Assembly: GCA_963665975.1 (NCBI GenBank)
Contig: OY762508.1
Location: 2,781,456-2,845,455 of the forward strand
Direction of reading: 5' to 3'
From: Rhodothermales bacterium
Lineage (GTDB): Bacteria > Bacteroidota > Rhodothermia > Rhodothermales > Bin80
Length of the DNA: 64,000 nucleotides
Position numbers and translations under genes: made by a program. Below the pieces are notes generated by a model. The model did no database searches and was not told the origin of the DNA. It saw only the letters and a program-made list of their open reading frames with translations. Within the stretch, counting starts at the first letter, position 1, and each line of letters starts with the position of its first letter. Positions 39,166 through 49,608 of the stretch are shown here, in pieces.

Positions 39166-40716
39166 TCAGTCGCCCCGCGTCGGGGCACCTCGCTCATCCG
39201 GTATGCACGGCCCCGTTGGCCGGTCGTCTTCGGGGACCTCGTAATGAGTTCGCAGGGATGCTAACTCTGCCTTGAGCTCTGCAACGACATCGGCATACGC
39301 TTCATCCGCGTAGACGCTATTGAGTTCACGGGGGTCACGATCAAGATCAAAGAGCTCCCACTCGTCCCGATCATAGTAGTAGATGAGCTTGTACTGTTCC
39401 GTGCGCACACCGTAATGGCGCTCAACGCAGTGGTAGCCGGGATATTCGTAATAGTGGTAGTAGTGACTGGTGCGCCAGTCTTGGGGTGTCTCTCCCATCA
39501 GGACGGGCTTCAGGCTGTTACCCTGCATGTCGGCTGGCACCGAGATGCCGGCAAGGTCCAGGAATGTTGCCGCAAAGTCCAAGTTCGACACCATGGCATT
39601 GCTGACACTACCGGGTTCTACATGTCCCGGCCATCGGACTAACAGCGGTGCGATCAGTGACTCTTCATACATCCATCGCTTGTCATACCAGCCATGCTCA
39701 CCCAGGTACCATCCTTGATCGGAGGAATAAATGACGACCGTGTTGTCGGCGAGTCCAGAGGAATCCAGGTAGTCCAATAGTCGCCCGACGTTGTCATCTA
39801 CACCGGCAACCGTACGCAGGTACTCTTTTACGTAACGCTGATACTTCCACCGCGTCAGGTCGTCACCCTCCAGATTGGTTGCGTGGAAAGCCTCGTTTCT
39901 GGGACCGTAGACCGCCTCCCAGGCTTCCACTTGCTCGGCATTCATGCTGGATGGTGCCTTCAGCTTGAGATCTCCGACATCCAGATGGTTCGCGATGGTC
40001 ATGCCCTGCTCGGCGGCCGGCGAGGCTCGATTGGCGTAGTCATCAAACAGCGTGGGCGGTTCGGGAATGTCTTCGTCAGCATACATTTCGTAGTGATCCG
40101 GACCCGGATGCCATCCGCGGTGCGGAGCCTTGTGCTGATACATCAGCATGAATGGTTTGGCGGGGTCCCGAACGTTTTCGAGATATTCAAGCGCAAGATC
40201 GGTAATGATGTTTGTCGTGTAGCCGGTGATTTGAACGGTGTCTCCCGGCACCAAGAATCGTGGATTGTAGTACGGTCCCTGACCGATGAGCACCTGCCAA
40301 TGGTCGAATCCGGTAGGCTGGCTCTTCAGATGCCATTTCCCGATTATGCCTGTCTCGTAGCCAGCCTCCTGCAGGAGTTTGGGGAACGTCTGCTGGGATC
40401 CGTCGAACGTGTTACCGTTCGTTAGCTGTCCGTTGATGTGGCTGTGCTTGCCGGTGAGGATCACCGCACGACTGGGCGCGCAAATTGAATTTGTTACGAG
40501 ACACCGGTCAAAGCGCATGCCTTCTCCGGCGATGCGGTCAAGATTCGGCGTTTCGTTTACGGTGGAGCCGTAGGCACTGAGGGCACGTGCGGTATGGTCG
40601 TCCGTAAAAATGAATATGATATTGGGTGTCTCCGGCGGACTGGTTTCTCCTGAATTCTGGCAGCCGCCAACGATGAGGCAAAACAGGACGAATTGGTAAG
40701 AGGATTTGGTTACCAT
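39166..40716 (-). CDS. Sulfatase (formylglycine-dependent)
   Basis: [11 protein letters not shown]...[15 protein letters not shown] (C-x-P-S-R signature). Lipoprotein-like start [20 protein letters not shown]. Confidence 0.85.
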   Translation of the reverse strand: MVTKSSYQFVLFCLIVGGCQNSGETSPPETPNIIFIFTDDHTARALSAYGSTVNETPNLDRIAGEGMRFDRCLVTNSICAPSRAVILTGKHSHINGQLTNGNTFDGSQQTFPKLLQEAGYETGIIGKWHLKSQPTGFDHWQVLIGQGPYYNPRFLVPGDTVQITGYTTNIITDLALEYLENVRDPAKPFMLMYQHKAPHRGWHPGPDHYEMYADEDIPEPPTLFDDYANRASPAAEQGMTIANHLDVGDLKLKAPSSMNAEQVEAWEAVYGPRNEAFHATNLEGDDLTRWKYQRYVKEYLRTVAGVDDNVGRLLDYLDSSGLADNTVVIYSSDQGWYLGEHGWYDKRWMYEESLIAPLLVRWPGHVEPGSVSNAMVSNLDFAATFLDLAGISVPADMQGNSLKPVLMGETPQDWRTSHYYHYYEYPGYHCVERHYGVRTEQYKLIYYYDRDEWELFDLDRDPRELNSVYADEAYADVVAELKAELASLRTHYEVPEDDRPTGPCIPDERGAPTRGD

Positions 40717-40873
40717 GGGACTCTGCGGGTGTAAAATGGAAATGTGCTGGCGCAAATTACGGATTCAATTGGTTGTTATTTCACCAAGCTTCAATCTGGC
40801 CGCAGGCATGTTATAGCACAAGAGCCCGTATTTTTCGCCGTCATGTCCTTTCAGTCAATCTTTCGCATAGCCC

Positions 40874-41305
40874 ATGGCCGTTGAACTAACTCTTGCCATC
40901 CTGAAGCCGGACTGCGTACGCAAAAACCTTATCGGTGAAGTCATCAGCCGTATCCAAAAGGCGGGCTTCCGTGTATGCGCGTTGAAAATGGTACAGCTCA
41001 CGCGACGGGAGGCAGAGAATTTTTACGCTGTACATCGTGAACGCCCGTTTTTTGGTGAACTCGTGCAGTTTATGACCAGCGGGCCCTGCGTGCCTATCGC
41101 ACTGGAGAAGGACGACGGCGTGTCCGCGTTTCGGGCATTGATCGGTGCGACAGACCCCTCCGAGGCTGATGATGGCACCATTCGGGCGGAATTTGCCGAT
41201 TCGCGCGGAGAAAATATTGTGCATGGCTCGGATTCTGTCGAGAACGGGCGGGTGGAAGTGGCTTATTTTTTTCCGGAGCACGTCTTTGTTTCAAACACGG
41301 CGTAA
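40874..41305 (+). CDS. ndk: Nucleoside diphosphate kinase
   Basis: [10 protein letters not shown]...[13 protein letters not shown]...NIVHGSDS (active-site His). Confidence 0.93.
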   Translation: MAVELTLAILKPDCVRKNLIGEVISRIQKAGFRVCALKMVQLTRREAENFYAVHRERPFFGELVQFMTSGPCVPIALEKDDGVSAFRALIGATDPSEADDGTIRAEFADSRGENIVHGSDSVENGRVEVAYFFPEHVFVSNTA

Positions 41306-41345
41306 GCGCGCACACCAGCGGCAATTTGCTTGCAGGAGTCTATCG

Positions 41346-42590
41346 ATGACAGCACTATTGGTGTGGTTTATGGCTGGCACAAGTCTCGTAGGTTGCAGTG
41401 TGCAATCTGGCCAAAACGCCGTCAAGACCGGTGCGCAGGTTCTTCACGAGACGGAGTACCGGGCGCTTGCGGGCAAGCGCGTGGGGCTTATTGTAAATCA
41501 CACGGCGAATGTCGGAGAGCAGCATCTCACAAACCTCATCAATCGGGAAGAGCATGTAGAGCTGGTCGCGATTTTCGGGCCTGAGCATGGCTTGCGCGGT
41601 ACAGAGGAAGATGGCGTTGGAATCGTCGATGGCAGCGACGACCAGACTGGGGTGCCCGTGTATAGTCTCTATGGCGATACGCGGAAGCCTACCGCGCGTA
41701 TGCTGCACGGCATTGACATTCTGGTATTTGACATCCAGGATGTCGGGGCGCGCTTCTACACGTTCATATCGACCATGGGTCTGGCGATGCAGGCCGCAGC
41801 GGAAAACGATATTCCATTTCTGGTCCTCGACCGCCCTAATCCAATCGGTGGGCAATACGTGTCCGGATATGTGCTGGAGCCTGAGCATGCCTCGTTCGTC
41901 GGGCAGTATCCGATTCCGATTGCCCATGGCATGACCACCGGAGAACTGGCACGCATGATCGTCGGCGAGGCCATGCTACCGGGCCTTGCCAGCCTTGAGC
42001 TCGACGTCATTGCGATGGAAGGCTGGGAACGTGGTATGCTCTGGCCCGACACGGGGTTACCGTGGGTGGACACGAGTCCCAATATTGTGGGATTTGAGAC
42101 GACCCTGGTATATCCCGGAGCATGCTTTTTTGAAGCAACTGCGGCCAGCGAGGGGCGCGGCACGGAGACGCCGTTCCTGCTCCTGGGCGCTCCGTGGGTG
42201 GACGACCAGGCGCTTGCGAGCACCCTGAACGGGCACGGGCTGCCGGGCGTGCGCTTTGAGCCGGAACCGTTCACGCCACGGCCGATCACGGGCAAGGATT
42301 CCCGGCCAAAGTTGCAAGGGCAGGTGTTGGGGGGAATCCGAATTGTAGTCACGGATCCCCGAAGTTTCGAGCCGGTCGAGACCGGCATTTATGTTCTGCA
42401 CGCATTCTACCACATGGCGCCACAGGCGAACGCATTTCTTGCGCGCCCGAAATGGCTGGCAAGACTGTCCGGCACAACCCGTCTGGCCGCGTTGCTTCGG
42501 GAGGGGGCGCCACCGTCGGAGATTACGCAGGGCTGGCAGACCGAGGTGGCCGCGTTTCGCGCCCGGAGAACTCCGTACCTGCTTTACTGA
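41346..42590 (+). CDS. namZ: DUF1343 protein (exo-beta-N-acetylmuramidase NamZ family)
   Basis: Start at MTALLVWFMAGTSLVGCS. RVGLIVNHTA...FGPEHGLRG...DILVFDIQDVGARFYTFISTM...LDRPNPIGG are DUF1343 hallmarks. The 5' part of the ORF-track ORF overlaps ndk and is discarded. Confidence 0.8.
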   Translation: MTALLVWFMAGTSLVGCSVQSGQNAVKTGAQVLHETEYRALAGKRVGLIVNHTANVGEQHLTNLINREEHVELVAIFGPEHGLRGTEEDGVGIVDGSDDQTGVPVYSLYGDTRKPTARMLHGIDILVFDIQDVGARFYTFISTMGLAMQAAAENDIPFLVLDRPNPIGGQYVSGYVLEPEHASFVGQYPIPIAHGMTTGELARMIVGEAMLPGLASLELDVIAMEGWERGMLWPDTGLPWVDTSPNIVGFETTLVYPGACFFEATAASEGRGTETPFLLLGAPWVDDQALASTLNGHGLPGVRFEPEPFTPRPITGKDSRPKLQGQVLGGIRIVVTDPRSFEPVETGIYVLHAFYHMAPQANAFLARPKWLARLSGTTRLAALLREGAPPSEITQGWQTEVAAFRARRTPYLLY

Positions 42591-42892
42591 GGCTCGCTTT
42601 CCGCTGCCTTCGCCCTGGCGGGTCGCCAGAGAATCGCGTAGATAATTTCCAGGTAGCCGCCTAGAATGAGCAGGGGTGCCACATACAAGGAAATTATTCC
42701 GTCGACCTCATTTTCAACGCGCATCGTCGTATACCCAAGGACGATGGCCAACACGCCCACGAGGAGTAGCATGTAGTTCTGCCTTGTGAACAGCATTTTG
42801 GGTGGGCCGCTTCCCCGGCGCGTACGACGCGATGCCGTCTTGGCGGCGTGGGAGCGTCGCCGGGAGGTATTAGACGCGCGGGATTTTGCCAT
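42584..42892 (-). CDS. Small membrane protein, DUF3098-like
   Basis: MAKSRASNTSRRR... basic N-terminus, then FTRQNYMLLLVGVLAIVLGYTTM and a second TM segment. Confidence 0.5.
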   Translation of the reverse strand: MAKSRASNTSRRRSHAAKTASRRTRRGSGPPKMLFTRQNYMLLLVGVLAIVLGYTTMRVENEVDGIISLYVAPLLILGGYLEIIYAILWRPARAKAAESEPQ

Positions 42893-42992
42893 CTGCAGAC
42901 AGGCTGGATCTTTGTACCTTTGTACGCGTGGCGAACCGCATATTGAATGACCGGTTCCTGACACACGGTTTTAATCAGGCGTAACAAAATCT

Positions 42993-43460
42993 ATGTCACT
43001 GATTATTCGTCACACGCTCGTGGGTGGTGGCATTGTGGTTTTGCAATGGCTGGTTCTGGGACGCCTGCAATTCTGGGGGGCGTTTCCGGATGTTGTCCTG
43101 CTCTACGTGGCGCTGATGGGTCTTCGATACGGGAGGCTGGCCGGGTCAGTGTCAGGCTTCGCATTGGGATTCCTAATGGACGCCATCTATGATACGTGGG
43201 GAATCCAGACGTTCGTTAAGACCCTGGTCGGTTTTCTAATCGGACTCTTCCCGGCCAAGGAACGTGAATCCCTGCTGATTCTGCCTCGCCAGGCATTTCT
43301 CGGCGTGTTGGTTATCGCTCTATTGCACAACGGGTTACTCGCAATCCTGTTTGCACTACAGGCGGAGACGCGCACCATGACTCTGATCACAGTGCTATGG
43401 CTAGGATCTGCGCTCTATACAGCAGCCGTAGGGACGCTCGTTTCCTCGTTCGCACGCTAG
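42993..43460 (+). CDS. mreD: Rod-shape-determining protein MreD-like membrane protein
   Basis: 155 aa with 4-5 TM segments. The PDVVLLYVALMGL...GFALGFLMD pattern is typical of MreD, but no mreBC is adjacent. Confidence 0.5.
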   Translation: MSLIIRHTLVGGGIVVLQWLVLGRLQFWGAFPDVVLLYVALMGLRYGRLAGSVSGFALGFLMDAIYDTWGIQTFVKTLVGFLIGLFPAKERESLLILPRQAFLGVLVIALLHNGLLAILFALQAETRTMTLITVLWLGSALYTAAVGTLVSSFAR

Positions 43461-44464
43461 TAGACGCCTCTATGGTATCCATGGTCACTCTAACGGCAAT
43501 ATCCTCTTTCTTGCAGGACTAGTGCCTGCACGTATTGCTGACCCAACCTCTCCCAAGCGAGGAAGAATACCCTGGGGGAACAGGAAAAGTTTGTTACAAC
43601 GCTTATTCTCAGACGAACCGTCTCCGTCTTGCGTGTGGGAACGTGGAGGATGTGCGGAAGTACGGTGTACGGGCCTGATGCCACCGAATCCCGTGCGTAG
43701 TTTGTTGCCCTGTAGATCTCGACACGATTACGAATCTGATAAGCAAAAACAATTTGTCATACCGAATGCATGACATTGACCACCTTGAAGTTAGCGATCG
43801 GCAGCGGTGACGAATGGGTGAGCCGGTGATCAACTTCGTAAGAATCGGCATTCCATACAGGAAAGGACACCTCCATCCCGCGGTGCATGGACTCACTTGG
43901 GAATCTCTACACCAAGTACTTGCCACTGGACTCAGTCCAATCCTGCACGAAGACGCCAGTGCCAAATGGCGAAGTCCGCATAGTGACTGGTGCACACTAG
44001 AGTCTTGTGTGCAAGGATTCCCCAAGGATGAGTTTCACACGACAGTTATGGGACCTCTGCCGTTCAATCACCAGCCCCTCGGCTATAGTGATTGTTAGCC
44101 TCAAGAATTCGAACCTCGACAGTCGCAGGGGAGATCATTCAAGTCATAGCTCCGCGACAGTGTTAAGTGGCTCCGTGACCAGGCTTCCGCAATGCGCTTG
44201 CATACTCTCTCAACTTTGCTGCCTTATTCCCTTTTGTTTGTTTCTTTAATGAGGCGTCGGGGGTTGGGCACGGAAAGGGTGCGACAGGCTAGGACACATC
44301 CCATCGTACCCAATATTCGCCATCTGAGAATACCGATGTACAAGATTCGGATTGCCCGGAATTTCGGGCGCAGGTTTGGCATGACAGGAAACGAAATACA
44401 CCATCTTTCGTCCAAAGCCAGCTATTCAAAGCCATCCTTCAATCAGACCACAAGACAGGTCACT

Positions 44465-45316
44465 ATGGACACTTCCCAGTATGTTCACGGAGACGTGCTC
44501 GTTTCAACACAATGGGTCGCGGATCATCTTGGCGATACCGACTCTATTCGCCTGGTCGAATCGAACGAAGACGTCCTGCTCTATCATACGGGGCACGTGC
44601 CGAATGCCGTCCGGATCGATTGGGTAAACGACCTGAATGATCAGGTAGTGCGTGACTACGTCGGGCACGAGCGGTTTGGAGCCCTGTGTGCCGAAAAGGG
44701 TATTTCCAACGATACGACAGTGGTGTTTTACGGCGACAAGAATAACTGGTGGGCCTGTTATGCATTCTGGGTTTTCAAGCTCTACGGACACGAGAAGTGT
44801 CTCATTATGAACGGCGGACGCTCCAAGTGGATAGCTGAAGAACGTCCGCTTAGCAAGGAGGTGCCGACTTTCGAGCAGACAACGTACACGGCACTGCCCC
44901 AGGACACATCGATTCGCGCATTTCGTGACGAGGTCCTGAAACATCAAGAGGCTGGCCTTCCGCTCGTTGACGTACGGTCACCGGCCGAATACAACGGCAC
45001 GTTGCTGCACATGCCGGCCTATCCCCAGGAAGGAGCGCTGCGCGGTGGGCACATCCCTGGCGCCAGCAATATTCCCTGGAGTCGTGCGGCCAATGATGAC
45101 GCCACCTTCAAGAGCCGTAAGGATCTGGAAGCCATCTATCTCGAAGAGAAGGGCCTACATCCCGATAACGACACCATAGCCTACTGCCGAATCGGAGAGC
45201 GAAGCAGCCATTCCTGGTTTGTCTTGACATATCTCCTCGGTTTTCAGAATGTACGCAACTACGACGGCTCCTGGACGGAATGGGGCAATCTCGTCGGGGT
45301 GCCGATTGAGAAGTAG
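44465..45316 (+). CDS. Thiosulfate/3-mercaptopyruvate sulfurtransferase (tandem rhodanese)
   Basis: Start at [24 protein letters not shown]. Active-site loop [11 protein letters not shown]. The long N-terminal extension in the ORF track is unlikely to be real. Confidence 0.85.
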   Translation: MDTSQYVHGDVLVSTQWVADHLGDTDSIRLVESNEDVLLYHTGHVPNAVRIDWVNDLNDQVVRDYVGHERFGALCAEKGISNDTTVVFYGDKNNWWACYAFWVFKLYGHEKCLIMNGGRSKWIAEERPLSKEVPTFEQTTYTALPQDTSIRAFRDEVLKHQEAGLPLVDVRSPAEYNGTLLHMPAYPQEGALRGGHIPGASNIPWSRAANDDATFKSRKDLEAIYLEEKGLHPDNDTIAYCRIGERSSHSWFVLTYLLGFQNVRNYDGSWTEWGNLVGVPIEK

Positions 45317-45330
45317 CTTCGAGGTCCCCC

Positions 45331-45750
45331 ATGACGCCGTTTGAGGCAATTGCGGAGGACTTTGCGTCCGTTGATGACCAGACCCGTTTGGAGCTGCTCC
45401 TGGACTATGCGCAGCAGCTGCCGCCGCTGCCGGATGCTTACCATGCTCTGCGTGACGCTGGCCTTGCCATGGTCCACGAGTGCCAGTCTCCCGTCTTTCT
45501 GATGGTGGAGGTCAAGGGAGATGTCGTGCACATAAATGCGGATGTGCCCGAGGAGGCGCCGATGGCGCGCAGCTTCACAATGGTGCTGGTGGCGGCGTTT
45601 CACGGCGCCAGCCCTGAGGACGTGTTACAGGCTCCCGAGGACATTCTGCACCGCCTTCGTATCGTATCGCTGCTGGGTATGCAGCGCACCCGTGGGTTGA
45701 GTGCGATTTACCGGCGCCTGAAGCACGAAGTGGCGCGTCAGATTGCCTGA
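45331..45750 (+). CDS. sufE: SufE-like sulfur acceptor protein
   Basis: 139 aa with a conserved Cys context (VHECQSPVFLMVE) and ...GLSAIYRRLK. Confidence 0.75.
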   Translation: MTPFEAIAEDFASVDDQTRLELLLDYAQQLPPLPDAYHALRDAGLAMVHECQSPVFLMVEVKGDVVHINADVPEEAPMARSFTMVLVAAFHGASPEDVLQAPEDILHRLRIVSLLGMQRTRGLSAIYRRLKHEVARQIA

Positions 45751-46661
45751 AAGGCTCCCAGGAACAGCTCCTGGAACTGTGCAGCATCGGCTCCATAGGC
45801 TACGGATTTGAGGGGTCCTGTGTGTGATCTACGGGTTGTGCCCGCATGCGGCGCATGTTGCTCGATAGTAATGCCATGGTGCGTAGTATGAACGATGTGC
45901 GGGTGTAGCATGGCAACGGCTGCCAGAGGATCCCATGCGTAATAAGTGCCGATTTCAGCGTAGGGGCGGATGGTTTCGAGCAGCTGACCGGTAAGACGGG
46001 AGAGTGGAGAGGACGGTAGGTCGCGAAACCGGTCAATGAATGCGGGGGTGATGGGCACGGTGTTGGTAGCATCCAACGGGATGACGAGCGTAGGAATGTC
46101 GGTCCGTAGAACAACCTCCGCTGCGTGAGGATCGACGAATAGGTTCCATTCCGCCCGGTCTGTAGGGGTGCAAAAATTACCGGAGTCGATAACGTTACCC
46201 GGCACCTCAAAGGCACCTCCCATCATGACGAGATCCGTGAGTGCCGCAGGCGCTTCACCGGCGCTGCAGACGGCGGCCAGATTGTTTAGCGCGCCGAGCG
46301 CTAGCATGCGAACTGGGCGCCCGACGTCCGCTAGCCGCTGTGCCAGGAAGGCGGCGGCCGGTTTGCTCTCAGGCAGCCTATAGCGCTGCGGTAGGTCTAC
46401 ACCCGGCAATGTGTCGGACAGCACACGCCACCGGTCCGGGAAAGCGGGGCCACCACCTTCCTTCCCTATATAGACGGGAATGTCGCGTTCGCAGAGTGCG
46501 ACGACACGCGCCAGATTGGCTGCCCCGGCAGGGCCGTGCGCCAGGCCGTACGAAACCGTAATGGCTTCGATGTCTATGTCACCACGGGCGAGGAAGTAGG
46601 CCAGTGCCATGATATCGTCCGGCCCCGCGTCCGTGTCCACGATGTAGGAGGGACGGATCAT
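45738..46661 (-). CDS. Nucleoside hydrolase (IUNH family)
   Basis: N-terminal DTDAGPDDIMAL aspartate cluster, with typical length. Confidence 0.85.
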   Translation of the reverse strand: MIRPSYIVDTDAGPDDIMALAYFLARGDIDIEAITVSYGLAHGPAGAANLARVVALCERDIPVYIGKEGGGPAFPDRWRVLSDTLPGVDLPQRYRLPESKPAAAFLAQRLADVGRPVRMLALGALNNLAAVCSAGEAPAALTDLVMMGGAFEVPGNVIDSGNFCTPTDRAEWNLFVDPHAAEVVLRTDIPTLVIPLDATNTVPITPAFIDRFRDLPSSPLSRLTGQLLETIRPYAEIGTYYAWDPLAAVAMLHPHIVHTTHHGITIEQHAPHAGTTRRSHTGPLKSVAYGADAAQFQELFLGAFQAI

Positions 46662-46679
46662 CCTGGAACAGACGCGAAC

Positions 46680-48023
46680 TCATTGCCCGCGCACCCAAGC
46701 CTCGTTGAATTGTGCATGCTTTATGGTCTTGCGCGCAGACTGGTCTCCCTCATGATGGAAGCTGTATAACACGTGGATCATGCCGTCTGAATCCTGGATG
46801 ACGGCAGGGTAGTGGCTGCGCGTGGCCTCTCGACCCCGGCCATCATATTCCAGATCTCTGCGGACTGGCCACGAATGTCCTTCGTCATCGCTGAGCGCCG
46901 CCGTCAGGCGGTGTCGTCCCGCTTCCGTATCGTTCCAGACGAGCAGCCACGTGCCGCTATTGAGTACAACCAGATCTGCCGCCGAGCCGGGGTTGTTCAG
47001 GTCGGTATCATGCACATCGCTCCAGGTCAGGCCACCGTCAGAGGATGTGCTGATGTGCAGTCGCTTGGGTGCGGGGCCATTGTCACGCATGAGTGCGACG
47101 AGCGTGCCATCTCGCCGTTGGCCGAGCGTCGGCTGAATGTTGCCCGCACCGACGAGGGGCGCGCTAGACTCCCAGGTGCGACCACCGTCGTGCGTGATTG
47201 CCATGAGCGAGAAGCCGAATCCATCAGAATAGGTTGGCACTATTATGCTCCCGTCGGCCAACAGGAGGGGCTTGTTGCGCGTCTGCCAGCCAACCCTGCG
47301 AAAGTACGGATAGCCCATAGGCTGAGCGATATACGCGGTCGTGTCCGTATATCGCCGTCCGCGCCGCATCATGTCTTCCCCGGAGGCATTGGAGTGTGTG
47401 CGACGAACGAATGCATTCCAGGCCTCGCGGGCATTCTGCGCCTCGAAGAAGCCTCTGGCAGCAAGGCGTCTGGTATACCGCGCCAATTGGTCGGTTACTG
47501 AGACGACGAACGGATCATCGGGTTGAATGCCATGCTCGGTCTGGCCGCCCGGCTGGACATGGAGAACATCCTGCCATTGCCACTGTGGCGCTCCGTCTGC
47601 GTAATCCGTACTAATCCTGTACTTCGGGAGCGAGGTTTCCCACTGATTGGCGAGAACAGTATACCACAAGAGCCACAGCCGCTCGTCTCCGTCGACAAAG
47701 AGAACGGGATTGATATCCGGAAACGCTGGCACATCGGCGAGCACAAAAGGCGTCGACCACGCAGGATTCCCTTTCTCTTTGCGCGCGCCCATGATGGCTA
47801 CATCGTCGGCCTGTCGCTCTCCCGAGCCCTGGAACCAGCCAGCCAGCAAGTCGCCGCCGGGAAGTTCGACGAGCGTCGAGCCGTGGACATGGTCGGTGGT
47901 CAGCGGGAAGAGGAATTCAGTCGCGATGGCGTCGTCGCCGGATTGCGCCCGTGCTTCGGGTGCATGGTTCGTGCCCATGATCAGCACAAATGCAACGATA
48001 TACATCAGACGAAGAGGTGGCAT
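46680..48023 (-). CDS. BNR/Asp-box repeat exo-alpha-sialidase-like glycosidase
   Basis: Start at MPPLRLMYIVAFVLIMGTNHAPEARAQ. Asp-box motifs (THDGGRTWES, SSDGGLTWSD, SDDEGHSWP). Confidence 0.75.
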   Translation of the reverse strand: MPPLRLMYIVAFVLIMGTNHAPEARAQSGDDAIATEFLFPLTTDHVHGSTLVELPGGDLLAGWFQGSGERQADDVAIMGARKEKGNPAWSTPFVLADVPAFPDINPVLFVDGDERLWLLWYTVLANQWETSLPKYRISTDYADGAPQWQWQDVLHVQPGGQTEHGIQPDDPFVVSVTDQLARYTRRLAARGFFEAQNAREAWNAFVRRTHSNASGEDMMRRGRRYTDTTAYIAQPMGYPYFRRVGWQTRNKPLLLADGSIIVPTYSDGFGFSLMAITHDGGRTWESSAPLVGAGNIQPTLGQRRDGTLVALMRDNGPAPKRLHISTSSDGGLTWSDVHDTDLNNPGSAADLVVLNSGTWLLVWNDTEAGRHRLTAALSDDEGHSWPVRRDLEYDGRGREATRSHYPAVIQDSDGMIHVLYSFHHEGDQSARKTIKHAQFNEAWVRGQ

Positions 48024-48025
48024 GG

Positions 48026-49486
48026 CTATGCCTGGTACGTCCCTGCGGTCACGTCGCCTCCGCTGCCCGTCCAATTGGTATGGAAAGCTTCGTCTCGTGG
48101 ACGATCGGTACGCGCATACGTGTGCGCACCAAAATAGTCCCGCTGCGCCTGAATAAGGTTGGCAGAGCCACGTGCGTGACGCAGGCCGTCGTAAAAGGCC
48201 AATGCGCTGGAAATTGCCGGAACCGGGAGGCCACGCTTGGCGCACTGGGCCACAATACGTCGCCAGGCGGGTTGCGCATCCGCGACCTCGCGCTTGAAGT
48301 ACGGCGCCAACAACAGGTTTTCAAGGGAAGGGTCGTCGGTAAACGCCTCCTTGATTCTTGCCAGGAACGCAGACCTGATGATACATCCGCCGCGCCACAT
48401 CAGTGCAATGCCGCCGTAGTTGAGCTTCCACGCGTATGTTTCCGCCGCTGATTGCATTAGCATGTAGCCCTGTGCGTAAGACATGATCTTGGCGGCATAG
48501 ACGGCGTCGCGAAGGTCCCGGAGCACTTGGTCCTGACCAATGTCAATGGCCGACCGGGGACCGGTAAGTGTCTGCGAGGCGGCGATGCGCTCGTCTTTGA
48601 GCGCGGACAGGAATCGCGCAAAGACCGCCTCGCCTATCAGCGTGAGCGGAATCCCCATGTCAAGGGCGGCTGTGGCAGTCCACTTGCCCGTGCCCTTCTG
48701 TCCGGCGCTGTCCAGGATATAATCGACGACGGCGTGTCCGTCTGCGTCCTTGTAGGCAAGAATGTCTCGTGTAATTTCGATCAGGTAGGAGTCAAGTTTC
48801 CCGGTATTCCATTCACCGAAGACTCCGCTCATGGCTTCATTGGTGAGCCCGAGCAAGTGTTTCATTACGAAGTATGCCTCGGCGATGATTTGCATGTCCC
48901 CATATTCGATCCCATTGTGGACCATCTTGACAAAGTGCCCGGCGCCACCGTTGCCGACCCAGTCGCAGCAGGACGCCCCGCCTTCAACTTTTGCGGCTAT
49001 ATCCTGGAAGATGGGTCGGATATGGGGCCATGCCTGCGGGGATCCGCCGGGCATGATGGAAGGTCCGTAGCGGGCTCCTTCTTCGCCTCCAGAAACTCCC
49101 GTGCCGACAAACAGCAGGCCATTGGATTCTATGTATTGGGTGCGGCGGATGCTGTCGATAAAGTTCGAATTGCCTCCATCAATTATGATATCGCCGTCTT
49201 CCAGATGCGGGAGCAGTTGTTCGATAAAGGCATCTACAGCCGGTCCTGCCTTGACCATGAGCATAATGCGGCGCGGCCGCTTGAGCAGCCCGACGAGAGC
49301 GGCTACAGAATGTGCTCCAATGACATTTGTGCCTTTCGCGTTGTGTGCCAGAAAGTCGTCTACCTTGCTGGTAGTCCGATTGAAGACTGCGACCGTATAA
49401 CCATGGTCGTTCATGTTGAGCACCAGGTTCTGACCCATCACGGCGAGCCCTACAAGGCCGATGTCAGCGCGGGGTTGGGAGGTCAT
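48026..49486 (-). CDS. gnd: 6-phosphogluconate dehydrogenase (decarboxylating)
   Basis: ADIGLVGLAVMGQNLVLNM...GTGVSGGEEGARYGPSIMPGG...MVHNGIEYGDMQ. Confidence 0.93.
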   Translation of the reverse strand: MTSQPRADIGLVGLAVMGQNLVLNMNDHGYTVAVFNRTTSKVDDFLAHNAKGTNVIGAHSVAALVGLLKRPRRIMLMVKAGPAVDAFIEQLLPHLEDGDIIIDGGNSNFIDSIRRTQYIESNGLLFVGTGVSGGEEGARYGPSIMPGGSPQAWPHIRPIFQDIAAKVEGGASCCDWVGNGGAGHFVKMVHNGIEYGDMQIIAEAYFVMKHLLGLTNEAMSGVFGEWNTGKLDSYLIEITRDILAYKDADGHAVVDYILDSAGQKGTGKWTATAALDMGIPLTLIGEAVFARFLSALKDERIAASQTLTGPRSAIDIGQDQVLRDLRDAVYAAKIMSYAQGYMLMQSAAETYAWKLNYGGIALMWRGGCIIRSAFLARIKEAFTDDPSLENLLLAPYFKREVADAQPAWRRIVAQCAKRGLPVPAISSALAFYDGLRHARGSANLIQAQRDYFGAHTYARTDRPRDEAFHTNWTGSGGDVTAGTYQA

Positions 49487-49608
49487 GTGCGGTGGATGTG
49501 TAAGTGGTAAGGAATGCGTCAGATCTGGTGCCGTGAAGGCGACAAAATGCAACCCGTATGCAAGGCCAAGTGTTCAGTCTTCCAGGCTCAGCACGGCGCG
49601 CTGGCTTT

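Noticed and set aside
41145-41345. N-terminal 67 codons of the 481-aa ORF overlapping ndk
   Set aside because: This frame overlaps the well-supported ndk gene. A signal-peptide-bearing Met at 41346 gives a normal DUF1343 protein.
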